From: an uncultured Gemmatimonadaceae bacterium
GTDB lineage: Bacteria > Gemmatimonadota > Gemmatimonadetes > Gemmatimonadales > Gemmatimonadaceae
Assembly (NCBI GenBank): GCA_963740355.1
Contig: CAVUDW010000003.1
Span: 1,696,001-1,760,000 of the forward strand
Direction of reading: 5' to 3'
Length of the DNA stretch: 64,000 bases
Positions within the stretch are counted from its first letter, which is position 1, and the number at the start of each line of letters is the position of its first letter. Shown here piece after piece: positions 52,079 through 62,137 of this stretch. The notes beneath the pieces are model-generated. The model was not told the DNA's origin and did not search any database. It was given only the letters and a program-made list of their open reading frames with translations. The position numbers and the translations under genes are program-made.

Positions 52079-52837
52079 CTACGACTCGGCACGTAAAAGC
52101 TCCAACCATGTTGCGCGGAGACCAGACGCGCCGGCCGCGCTCGGCTCGTGCGGATTGCGGCGCCAGAACCAGCGGTCGACTTCCGGCGAGGTCAGTCCGT
52201 GCCCGAGAAATGCCGCATGCACCTCTGCCACCAACGTGCCCGGCATCGCTGTCGCGCGCTGCCGAAGCTGCGTGTTGAAGTGAAGAAGCGCTCCCGCTGG
52301 CACCGCTTCGCCATCACGTTCGTCCGGAAACACACCTAGCCCATCCGTGGGATCCGGCAGCGTGTTGAGCACCAGAGTCAGGTCGGAAAACTTGGTGTGC
52401 AACACTTCACCCAGCGCGATCACGCCGGTGACGGCGTCGCGCACGATGGTTTCCATCCGAGCCGGCGCCGGTCGCGTTGCAACCGCGCTCAACAAGTCGA
52501 TCGCGCCCGCAGTGAGCGTGATCAGGGTCGGCAGGTCACTCGGCTCGAGCGACATCAGCTGCTCGTCGAAAATGTCGCCGATGTTCGCGCCATCACTCGC
52601 CAGTCGCAGCACCTCCTCACAGCCCGTCAACGTCGCGAGATCATCGCCAATGAAGTCGGGCCATCGCTCGTCGTCGTTGCGGAACAGCAGCGAACCGGCG
52701 CCGACCGGCGGCACCTCGCCACTTCGCGCATCGCGCTCGAGCGCCACACTCACGTCCGTCACCTTCAGGTCGAGCGCCGGTGTCAGGTCCGCTGACAAGC
52801 CATCACCCATCGCGATATAGCGCGCAAAGGCCCGCAT
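52079..52837 (-). CDS. SGNH/GDSL hydrolase-fold protein, degenerate active site
   Basis: YIAMGDG block I, LASDGA, ITLTAGAIDL, VHAAFLGHG, HEPSAAG. Confidence 0.7.
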   Translation of the reverse strand: MRAFARYIAMGDGLSADLTPALDLKVTDVSVALERDARSGEVPPVGAGSLLFRNDDERWPDFIGDDLATLTGCEEVLRLASDGANIGDIFDEQLMSLEPSDLPTLITLTAGAIDLLSAVATRPAPARMETIVRDAVTGVIALGEVLHTKFSDLTLVLNTLPDPTDGLGVFPDERDGEAVPAGALLHFNTQLRQRATAMPGTLVAEVHAAFLGHGLTSPEVDRWFWRRNPHEPSAAGASGLRATWLELLRAES

Positions 52838-52848
52838 CGTCCGCTCGC

Positions 52849-54069
52849 TCACCCGATCAGCGCGGGGTCGATGCCCCGGGTCTGGAAGATGCGCGCCACG
52901 GCCTCGCCGATCTTGTTGTTCGGCGTGCTGGCACCAGCCGTGATGCCGATGCGCACCTTGCCTGTGCCCGGCATCCACTGCGGCTGCGTCTTCTCTTCCA
53001 TGTGCAACCCGATCGGGCGGTAGCGCACCACCCCGGTCGCCGGATCGATGCCTTCCGCATCTTCCACATGATAGGTCGCGACCTTGTCAGCGCAGATGGC
53101 AGCCAACGACAACGTGTTGCTCGAATTGTAGCCGCCCACCACCAGCATCACGTCGAGTGGCTCCTGCAGCAATTCATCGACGGCATCCTGCCGATCCTGC
53201 GTCGCAGAACAGATCGTATCGAAGGTGCGGAAATGGGTCTCCCGATACTCCGCGCCATGGGCGCGGGCCATCGCCTGGCCAACTTCTTCGCCAATCGCCA
53301 GCGATTCACGCGCCAGCATGGTCGTCTGGTTCGCCACACCGATCCGCTGCAGGTGCAGGTCTGGATCAAAACCCGGCGAGGCTCGATCGGCAGCGAACTT
53401 CTCGAGGAATGCGTCGCGATTCCACTTCCCCTCGATGTAGTCGCACACCAGCCGCGCCTCGGCCATGTCACGCACCACCAGGTAGCGCCCCTCAGGGTAC
53501 TTCTGCACCTGGGACGCCGTCGCGCGCGTCTCCTCGTGATAGTGCTTGCCATGGATCAGCGACGTGAACCCATCGCGCGCGTATTTCTCCACGCGCTTCC
53601 AGACATTCAGCACCGAGCCACAGGTCGTATCCACCATGATGCAGCCCAACTCTCGCAGCGTCTCGAAATCCTGGATCGTGACACCGAACGCCGGCAGGAT
53701 CACCACGTCGTCAGGCTGCACGATGCCATAGTCGAAGCCGGTGCCCTTGGCCTGCAGGAAGGTGATGTCCATCTCCCGCAGCTTGTGGTTCACATGCGGA
53801 TTGTGGATGATCTCGCCCGCCAGGAACACCCGACGGTCAGGAAACTTCCGGCGGGTCTGATAGGCGTACTCCACCGCCCGCTCCACGCCGTAGCAGAAGC
53901 CAAACTCCTTGGCCAGGCGCACCGTGACGTCGCCAGAGGTCAGCGTGTAGTCGCTGGCCCGCAGCAGGTCCACCAGTCGGCCCGTGTAGTCGTCCGCCAG
54001 GGTGTCCTGTACGTCGGCCTTCAGGCCAAAGCCCTTTCGGTAATACGTCTCTTCGTCGGTCGATGACAT
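52849..54069 (-). CDS. ispH: 4-hydroxy-3-methylbut-2-enyl diphosphate reductase
   Basis: GFCYGVERA, EIIHNP, DTTC, HEET, NQTT, TICSATQDRQ, GGYNSSNT, TAGASTP. Confidence 0.96.
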   Translation of the reverse strand: MSSTDEETYYRKGFGLKADVQDTLADDYTGRLVDLLRASDYTLTSGDVTVRLAKEFGFCYGVERAVEYAYQTRRKFPDRRVFLAGEIIHNPHVNHKLREMDITFLQAKGTGFDYGIVQPDDVVILPAFGVTIQDFETLRELGCIMVDTTCGSVLNVWKRVEKYARDGFTSLIHGKHYHEETRATASQVQKYPEGRYLVVRDMAEARLVCDYIEGKWNRDAFLEKFAADRASPGFDPDLHLQRIGVANQTTMLARESLAIGEEVGQAMARAHGAEYRETHFRTFDTICSATQDRQDAVDELLQEPLDVMLVVGGYNSSNTLSLAAICADKVATYHVEDAEGIDPATGVVRYRPIGLHMEEKTQPQWMPGTGKVRIGITAGASTPNNKIGEAVARIFQTRGIDPALIG

Positions 54070-54256
54070 GCCCGGAATCTAGCGCAGCAGGGCGAGGTTG
54101 CCCCGTCCGGCCGGCGAGCGACGGACGGCGGCCCGAGCTGGCCAACGCCGGCTCCCGCTGGGTGACCGCCGGATGACCGCCGGGTGACGAGCCCGGCGCT
54201 GTGGCGGGGCTCCCCAGGGGCAGGTACGATTCCGCGCTCCTTCCACCGCGCCCGTC

Positions 54257-56974
54257 ATGCTCGCTCGTTGCCCGTCCTTGCGCCGCCGTGCCGCCCAGCG
54301 CGCGTGCTTCTGTGCTGCCGTCGTGCTGTCGCCGCACGCGGCGCAGGCCCAGGCCAGCCGCGACACCGTCGCGCGTCCGCCAGCCGACGCCCCGTACCGC
54401 GACGCCTCGCGCACCCCAGCCGACCGAGCGCAGGACCTGCTGCGTCGCATGACCGCCGAGGAGAAGTTCTGGCAGCTCTTCATGATTCCAGGCGACCGCG
54501 ACGACCCGGCACAGGACTACTCGCATGGCGCCTACGGCTTGCAGGTCAGCATGCCGGCTGGCCAGCGCGCCGAGTCAGCGCGAAGCGACACACTCGACCC
54601 CTCGGCCAGCGCACGCGCCCACAGTGAGCGCATCAACGCATTGCAGCGCTGGTTCGTGGGCAGCACGCGTCTCGGCATCCCGCTCATTCCATTCGAGGAG
54701 GCATTGCACGGGCTCGGCCGGGAAGGCAGCACGACCTTTCCACAGGCGATTGGCCTCGCCGCAACGTGGGACACGGCACTGGTGTCGCGCGTGGCAACGG
54801 CGATCGCTGCTGAAGCGCGGAGCCGCGGTATCCGCCACGCATTGTCACCCGTGATCAACATCGCGAACGATCCACGCTGGGGCCGCGTCGAGGAGACGTA
54901 CGGTGAAGATCCGTGGCTGACATCCGCGATGGCGCGCGCCTACATCCGCCCCTTCGAGTCGGCCGGTGTCGTCACGACGCCAAAACACTTCGTCGCCAAC
55001 GTCGGTGACGGTGGTCGCGACAGCTACCCCATCGAGTTCAGCCCACGCCAGCTCGCCGAGCGCTACTTCCCGCCATTCCTCTCCTCGATCCGTGATGCGG
55101 GCGCACGCTCGGTGATGAGTGCGTACAACTCGGTCGATGGTTCACCCGCCTCACAGAATCGCGCGCTGCTCACCGACGTACTGCGCCGCGACTGGGGCTT
55201 CACCGGTGTCGTGATCTCGGACGCATCGGCAGTCGGAGGATCGACCGTCCTGCACAACACCGACTCCACGACGGGCGTCGCGTTTCGGCGCGCGATCGAG
55301 GCGGGGCTCGATGTGGTCTTCGAGTCGTCCTATCGTCAGCATCGCTCCTATCTCAACGGTTTCCGCAACGCCGGCATCGAACCGGCGGCAATCGACAGCG
55401 CCGTTGCCCGTGTGCTGCGCCTGAAGTTTGCACTCGGCCTCTTTGAGAAGTGGGAGACGGATCCCTCGATTGCCGCACGTGAAGCCCGCTCCGCCACGCA
55501 CCGCGCCATCGCGCGTGAAGCCGCGGCCGCCTCGATCGTGCTGCTCCGCAACGAGCGCTCGCGGCTTCCGCTCAGCGCAACGGCACGACGTATCGCCCTC
55601 ATCGGCAGTGATGCGACGGAGGGCAGGCCCGGCGGTTATGCCCCTCCAGGCGCTCGCCTCGTCACCATCGCCGACGGCATTCGCGCCGGCGCACCACAGG
55701 GCAGCGTCATTCGCGTGGCCGCCGGCGTGCCGCGGCTCTGGTCCCCCTACAGCACCGTCCCAGCCTCTGCCTTCACCTCTGGCAGCGACAGCGGCCTTCG
55801 CGCCGACTACTGGAACAACAGCAGCCTCGAAGGGGCACCGACCGTTTCACGTATCGATCGGGAGCTCAACTTCGCGTGGACACTCTATGCCCCCGCGGCC
55901 AACCTCCCGTTCGACTGGTATTCGGCCCGCTGGGCCGCGACGCTGACCGCACCACCATCAGGTGTGCGCACGCTCGCTGTTGCGGGCAATGACGGCTATC
56001 GCTTGTACATCGACGGCCGATTGGTCGTGGACAACTGGCTCAAGGCGTCGTTTGGCACGCGCCCTGTGACCGTCAATTTCTTGCCGCGATCGCGACATGC
56101 GATTCGGCTCGAGTATCACGAAACCACCGGCTCGGCGCGCCTGCGATTGCTGTGGGACGCTGGCGTACACGATCCGAATCCGACGGCGATCGCCGAAGCC
56201 GTGCGCCTCGCGCGCAACAGCGATGTGGCGATCATCGCAGCCGGGATCGAAGAAGGTGAATTCCGCGATCGCGCAGAACTGGGATTGCCCGGTGAACAGG
56301 AAGCGCTGATCCGTGCCGTCGCCGCCACCGGCACGCCTGTCGTGGTCGTGCTGGTGGGAGGGAGCGCGATCACCATGCCATGGCTGTCGCAAGTCGACGC
56401 CGTCTTGAACGTCTGGTATCCAGGCTTGGAGGGAGGGCACGCGGTGAGCGATGCGCTGTTCGGGCGCGTGAATCCAGCCGGCCGCTTGCCGCTCACCTTT
56501 CCCCTGCACGAAGGCCAGGTGCCGCTGTACTACGCGCACAAGCCCACTGGTCGTGGTGATGACTACCTCGACCTCACTGGGCTCCCACTCTTTCCCTTTG
56601 GCTTCGGCCTCAGCTACACGCGCTTCGCGTACGACAGCCTGTCAGTCGAGGTGCACCCATCGTCAGACTCTGTGGCACTGCAGGTCTCGGCGGTCATTCG
56701 CAACACGGGCGGTCGATCGGGCGACGAGGTAGTGCAGTTGTATCTGCACGATGTGCTCGCAAGCGTCGTGCGCCCGGTGACGGAACTGGCCGGGTTTGCC
56801 AGAATTACCCTCGCCCCCGGAGAATCGCGTCGGGTCACGTTCGCAGTGACGCGCGCACAGTTGAGCTTTCTCGACGCCACGATGACACGTGTGGTCGAGC
56901 CGGGCCGGCTGCGCGTGACGATCGGCGCATCATCGGTGGACATCCGGCTGCGACAGGAAGTCGAAATTCGGTGA
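54257..56974 (+). CDS. GH3 beta-glucosidase with PA14 and Fn3-like domains
   Basis: EEALHG, DPRWGRVEETYGEDP, TPKHF, VISDA, PA14 insert, FGFGLSYT, EVVQLY. Confidence 0.93.
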   Translation: MLARCPSLRRRAAQRACFCAAVVLSPHAAQAQASRDTVARPPADAPYRDASRTPADRAQDLLRRMTAEEKFWQLFMIPGDRDDPAQDYSHGAYGLQVSMPAGQRAESARSDTLDPSASARAHSERINALQRWFVGSTRLGIPLIPFEEALHGLGREGSTTFPQAIGLAATWDTALVSRVATAIAAEARSRGIRHALSPVINIANDPRWGRVEETYGEDPWLTSAMARAYIRPFESAGVVTTPKHFVANVGDGGRDSYPIEFSPRQLAERYFPPFLSSIRDAGARSVMSAYNSVDGSPASQNRALLTDVLRRDWGFTGVVISDASAVGGSTVLHNTDSTTGVAFRRAIEAGLDVVFESSYRQHRSYLNGFRNAGIEPAAIDSAVARVLRLKFALGLFEKWETDPSIAAREARSATHRAIAREAAAASIVLLRNERSRLPLSATARRIALIGSDATEGRPGGYAPPGARLVTIADGIRAGAPQGSVIRVAAGVPRLWSPYSTVPASAFTSGSDSGLRADYWNNSSLEGAPTVSRIDRELNFAWTLYAPAANLPFDWYSARWAATLTAPPSGVRTLAVAGNDGYRLYIDGRLVVDNWLKASFGTRPVTVNFLPRSRHAIRLEYHETTGSARLRLLWDAGVHDPNPTAIAEAVRLARNSDVAIIAAGIEEGEFRDRAELGLPGEQEALIRAVAATGTPVVVVLVGGSAITMPWLSQVDAVLNVWYPGLEGGHAVSDALFGRVNPAGRLPLTFPLHEGQVPLYYAHKPTGRGDDYLDLTGLPLFPFGFGLSYTRFAYDSLSVEVHPSSDSVALQVSAVIRNTGGRSGDEVVQLYLHDVLASVVRPVTELAGFARITLAPGESRRVTFAVTRAQLSFLDATMTRVVEPGRLRVTIGASSVDIRLRQEVEIR

Positions 56975-57159
56975 CCGGGATCGTGAGCGTCCCCACCGAT
57001 GCCCAGCTCCGCGCCGGTGGCCGGCCGCCCTGATGTGCCACGGTGCAAGCGCCCGTGGCCCGCAGCGGCCTCCTCACGAGGGAGTGCCAGGCACGGCCAG
57101 TGACGGCTCCCTTTGCTTGCGCCAACGCATTCCGCGGGTAACGTCGAATTATCCCCTCC

Positions 57160-57846
57160 GTGAAGGTCCCTGTGTCCGCACTCGTCGTCGCCCCATCCGA
57201 TCGCCGAACGTTCATCTTCGTGGGTGATCGTCTCTGGCTCGATTTCGTCAACACCGACGACATCGAGCTCGGTGTGCGCCGTGACGCACTCCGGGACTTT
57301 GGTACCATGCTGGAGTGGCTGGCTGCCGTCGGCGTCATCGACCACGACCGACGCGTTGCGATCATGCGGCGCGCCGAGCAGCAGCCTGCCGGTGCCACTG
57401 CCGCACTCCTCGATGCACGACGCGTTCGCAGCGCACTTCGAGCGCTCGCTGAACATGGGGCGGTTTCCAACGACGCCCGCACCGAGGCCGTCGCCGAGAT
57501 CAATCGCGTCCTTGGACGCAGCGCTGGAACGCGTCGCCTCGAGATTTCGCCGGACGGTGTCTACACACGAAACTTCGTCGCCGGCGGTGATGCATTCGCC
57601 GCGCTGATGATGCCGATCGTCGATGACGGTGCCGACTCGCTGATCGCGGGCGAGCTGGGCCGCGTGCGGTGCTGCAGCGATCCACGGTGCCGCCGTGTCT
57701 TCCTCGACAGCACCAAGAACGGGCGCCGTCGCTGGTGCGACATGGCCACCTGTGGCAACCGGGCGAAGGCGGCACGGCATCGCGCACGCGAACCGCTGCG
57801 GGCTCCGCCAACTCAACAGACGTTCCGACCGATCACTGCGTCGTAG
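57160..57846 (+). CDS. ABATE/CGNR zinc-finger protein
   Basis: LDFVNT; C..PRC...FLDSTKNGRRRWCDMATCGNRAK. Confidence 0.92.
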   Translation: MKVPVSALVVAPSDRRTFIFVGDRLWLDFVNTDDIELGVRRDALRDFGTMLEWLAAVGVIDHDRRVAIMRRAEQQPAGATAALLDARRVRSALRALAEHGAVSNDARTEAVAEINRVLGRSAGTRRLEISPDGVYTRNFVAGGDAFAALMMPIVDDGADSLIAGELGRVRCCSDPRCRRVFLDSTKNGRRRWCDMATCGNRAKAARHRAREPLRAPPTQQTFRPITAS

Positions 57847-57948
57847 TCCTGCAGCTGGATCACGGAACGATCAGCGCCCGTCGACTCACCAACCTGAGTC
57901 CGACGGGCGCTTCACTTTGTGCACTACGATCAGCCCACCGCGAGCAGG

Positions 57949-58653
57949 CTACGCGGCTTCCGGCACCGACTTGATGTAGCCCATGTCCATGGCATACCCA
58001 ACGAGCTTCTTCTGCAGGATGCGTCGGCCGCGGAAGAGGCGACTCTTCACCGTTCCCTCGGGCACGCCGAGGATGTGTGCGATCTCTGCATAGCGCAGCT
58101 CGTGGATGTCGCTCAACACCACCGCCGTGCGGTATTCGTCCGGGAGGTTGTCGATTGCCGAGGTGATCTCAGCATCGAGAAACGTCTCGTAGAAGCGCGC
58201 TTCCGGATTCAGCTCGCCCACCGGTTCGAAGGCGCCCCAGCCCTCGGTCTCGTCAGTCGCCTGGACTTCGCGCGCATCGATCCGACGCTTCCGGCTCACG
58301 AAGACGTGGTAGAGAATCGTGAACAGCCAAGCGCGAATGTTCGTCCCCAGGCGGTACTGCTCCCACCGCTCGAATGCCCGCAGGATGGTGTCAGACACCA
58401 GATCCTCGGCGTCATCCCGCGAGCGCGACAGTTTCAGTGCGAAGCTGTACATCGCATCCAGGTGCACCAGCGCCTCTTCCTCGAACCGGGCGCGTCCTTC
58501 GAGCGGCTGGCCCACGCGCGAGGCTGGTCCCGCTTCCGTTCCTGCCCGTTCCCGACGCTGCGTTGCAGCCATGTTGCGCTCCAGAGTGGATCCAGCCGAG
58601 TTGTCCGTCACTGCGCTCCGTCGCCCGGGGCGCTGGTCTTTGGCGTCATGCAT
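57949..58653 (-). CDS. ECF RNA polymerase sigma factor (start uncertain)
   Basis: DAEDLVSDT, IRAWLFTI, YAEIAHILGVPEGTVKSRLFRGR. Confidence 0.93.
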   Translation of the reverse strand: MHDAKDQRPGRRSAVTDNSAGSTLERNMAATQRRERAGTEAGPASRVGQPLEGRARFEEEALVHLDAMYSFALKLSRSRDDAEDLVSDTILRAFERWEQYRLGTNIRAWLFTILYHVFVSRKRRIDAREVQATDETEGWGAFEPVGELNPEARFYETFLDAEITSAIDNLPDEYRTAVVLSDIHELRYAEIAHILGVPEGTVKSRLFRGRRILQKKLVGYAMDMGYIKSVPEAA

Positions 58654-58656
58654 TCG

Positions 58657-59274
58657 TCACACCCCGCCGTTCGGATGCACCGGTGATGCGGGCTCTCGCA
58701 CATACGTCGCGATGAAGCGCTTCAGATCGGTGGCAATCCCTTCCAGCAACGCGATGTCACGCTTGACGCGCGACATCATGAGGCCGCCCTCGAGCGTCGC
58801 GATGATGAATCGCGACAGACGCACCGCATCCACATCCTCGACCAACTGCGGACGCGCCTCCCACAACAGCGACTGGATCTGACTCGCCCAGCGGATGAAG
58901 ACATCCGCGATGCGGAGACGGAACCCTTCGTGCGCGTCCGCCATCTCGGCGGCGAGCGTGCCGAACGGCGAACCGCCATGACAACCGCGTGCAGCCTGAG
59001 CGGCGACCAGTGAATCGATGAACAGGTGCAACCGCTCCAGCGGGTCGATCATCGGCTCGCGCAGGATGGCGAGACCGCGTTCGGCGAACCGCTCGAACTG
59101 CCGATCGAGCACCTCGAATCCCAACTCTTCCTTGCTGCGGAAGTAGTGGTAGAAGTGGCTCTTGCCGCTGAGCCTCGACTCCTTGATCACATCGTCGATC
59201 GAAGTCGCGGAGTAGCCCTGCCGACCAATGAGGACGGCGGCTGCGTCGAGGATTTGAGAGCGGCGAGTGTTCAC
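58657..59274 (-). CDS. TetR/AcrR family regulator
   Basis: ILDAA..LI...GY.ATSIDDV...FYHYFRSKEEL; GSPFGTLAAEM. Confidence 0.92.
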   Translation of the reverse strand: MNTRRSQILDAAAVLIGRQGYSATSIDDVIKESRLSGKSHFYHYFRSKEELGFEVLDRQFERFAERGLAILREPMIDPLERLHLFIDSLVAAQAARGCHGGSPFGTLAAEMADAHEGFRLRIADVFIRWASQIQSLLWEARPQLVEDVDAVRLSRFIIATLEGGLMMSRVKRDIALLEGIATDLKRFIATYVREPASPVHPNGGV

Positions 59275-59285
59275 GGAAGTGAAAG

Positions 59286-59303
59286 TAGGACCGTTCGGTC
59301 CTA
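59286..59303. promoter_or_regulatory. Putative TetR operator
   Basis: TAGGACCG-TT-CGGTCCTA 11 bp upstream of the TetR GTG start. Confidence 0.7.
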
Positions 59304-59418
59304 AACGCAAGTGCCATCGGTCGCAATTTCGCAAAACCTTGTCAATCAATGGCTTATACGACGATCGGCGTGCCGGATACCACCCGACACGCCGATTTCC
59401 GGACACCAGACCAGAACC

Positions 59419-62077
59419 TTATCGCCCTTTTCGTCCACGCTTCTTCGGCGGGATGACGGAGCGCCGCTCTTTCCCGCGCTGGTACTCCTCGCGCGACCGC
59501 TCCCTGCCGCTTTTGCGCTCACCATAGCTGTCGCTCAGCGTTGCCAGTTCGTCAGGCATCCACGGCGCGTCGAGGGCGTCTTGCAGCTCCTCGAGCGTTC
59601 GGCCACGAGCCGAGCCGCGCTGCCCGCGGACTACCACGAACCGATACGGCCGGTCGAAGGGCGGCAACTCTTCAGCCACCAGCGTCCGCGCCAGCTTCTC
59701 CGGGAGCCGCAACCGTGCCACGCCGAAAAAGCTGCCGTCGTCGCGCTCTTCCGCGTCGTACTCGATCGGCACCTGACGGTCACGCACCATCAACTGATGC
59801 GGCAGGTCGTCGTACTGTGCGCGCTGCTCCGGCGTGATCCAGTCATCCCACGACATCCGCAGCTGCAGGTGCTTCAGGTCGTGCACCGACTCCACCGCGG
59901 CCAGGCGCTCGCGGTACCACGCGGCGACTTCGGCCTGTGACGCGCGAGGCGTGACGCCGCCGCTGCGACGCCAGACTTCGCGTGCTTCGGCGATCATCGG
60001 ACGATTGCGCTCGACGGCCGGGTGACGTGCACGTTCGGTGGCGAATGCGTCCGCCAGCACGTCACGCGCCGCGTCGGCATTTTCCGGCGTGAAGTCGGTC
60101 AGGACTTCCGTTTCCCGCTCGAGCTCGAAACCGCCGTAGGTGACGCGCCGTGTACGAACCAGCTGGCCCTGCTTCTTGTGCGGATCGTACGCGATCGACG
60201 ATTCGCCGTAGTTCGCAAACCGACGAAGCAACGCCGGCGCGATCTGCGTGCCTTCGATCGACGCGCGCGGAATGCCCATGCGGTCGGCGAAGAAGCGCAG
60301 CGTACCAGCCACCGCGCCCCAGCTGCCACACACGCTGGTCTTGCCCACGCGAGCCGACTCGCCCCATGCAGTCTCCTCGTCGATCACGAGGTCGAACGGC
60401 ATCACCTGCGCCAGCAGTTCGGTGAATCGCGCGCGGGTCGCCTCGGTGGCCTTCGGCAGCACCTTGGGGAGCGGCGTATTGAGCGAGCGATAGACACTGG
60501 CCATCGCCAGCGCCGCATCCTCCAGCGACTTCACCAGCACCCCCTTCACCTCGGCCCACTCCGCGATCTCGTCGTGAAAGAGCTGTCGCGGCAGCCCGTA
60601 CACATCGCCGACATAGCCGTACTTCGTGAAGGCTTCGGCGTAGACGTTGTACGCGGTGAGGTGATCGCTGCCCGGAATCAGCATGCCATCCAGGTTGCGA
60701 TCTTCTCGCGTCATGCGATGCAGGCTTTCCACGCCGCTCATGACTGCCACGAACGGCACCAGGTCGTCATCGCTGTTCACCAGCAGCTCAGCCCACGGGC
60801 GTTCCACCGGCATCTTCTCGACGGCGCGACCGTAGTCGGTCAGAGCGGCCGTTGGCCACGATGTTGCGCGTTTCCAGCAGGGCGATTGCACGCCGGTACG
60901 CGATCTTGTCCAGCGGCACCGGAAGTTCGAGGTCGTCGGCACGCACACCGATGGCAGCGCAGGTGATCGCGACGCGTTCGCTGTCACCGGCAAGCTGGAA
61001 CTCCGGCAGCTCGGGCTTCAGCTGCTCGAACGGAATGCGACGATCGGAGAGGATGAACACCCGTCCGCCCGCCACACGACCGTGCACACGCCCTGCCATC
61101 TGCAGCAGCTCGTTGGCGCCGAGGTGCACACGCGTGAGCACGTTGCGCCCCTTGTCGACCATGTTCGTGAAACGGGTGTCGTCGATGATCACGGTGTCGA
61201 GCCCCTGCACCGTGATCGCGCTTTGCCCTGCGGCAGTCATCGAGAGAAAGAACGGCTTCTGCACGCCCCCTTCATCGAGATACTGTCGAATCACGCGAAT
61301 CGGCTCACCGCCGTGATAGTGCTGCGCATGAATCTTCGGGTAACTCTCCTGCACATGGCGCGCGGCATCCTCCGTACCCGCGCGCGTGGGCAGGAACATC
61401 GCCACGCCACGTCGTTCGGCGATCACCTTCTTGAGGAACTTGTCGTCCAGAAAGTCCGCCGGGCTGCGCGTCAGGACCTCCACCTTCGCCTTCTTCGCTT
61501 CGTCGAAGCTGTAGACCTCGAGCACATCTCCGCTGTCGAGATACTTCGAGTAGAACGACGGATCGACGGTTGCCGAAAGCCAGATGTAGCGGCAGCGCGC
61601 ACGCTTGCCGAGCGCCAGGCAAAGTTCGAGTTCGGCCGAAGTCTGGTGGATCTCGTCGACCACCACCGTGTCCTTCTCGTCGATGTCACCGTCCTGGAAC
61701 CAGCGGCGCGCGATGCCGGTGGTGACGATGATCACGTTCCATTGCGGCGTGTCTGGCGTCGCTTCCCGTTCGCGGTTGACGACGCCGACTTTCAGCTCCT
61801 CGCCGAGGATCGTCTCCGCGATTGGTCGCACGGCGAGCGTCTTGCCGGTGCCGGTGCCGGCGACGATGCCGAAGCCCTTCCCACTCGCCGCCAGCTCGCG
61901 GAGCTTGGCGCCGTGGTGCGTCTCGAGATAGGTCGGGATGTTGAGCGTGAACGCCAGCTCAATCGTTTCGCAGGCCGCGCGCGTCGGCGCGATGATGATG
62001 ATGCGGCCACGCGGCGGACGGGCCGCCTTGAATGCTTCGTGGTCGGGCGGCAGGTATCGGTCGCGGGTGTCACGCAT
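59419..62077 (-). CDS. SF2 DExH-box helicase (frameshift near 60846)
   Basis: AGTGTGKT, DEIH, SAT, QMAGRVHGR; continues as LTDYGR in ORF 59419..60993. Confidence 0.85.
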
Positions 62078-62137
62078 GCAACCAAGTTACGTTGCCGACG
62101 AGCGAGCCACAGGGCTGACACCTCCCCACTCCACGTC

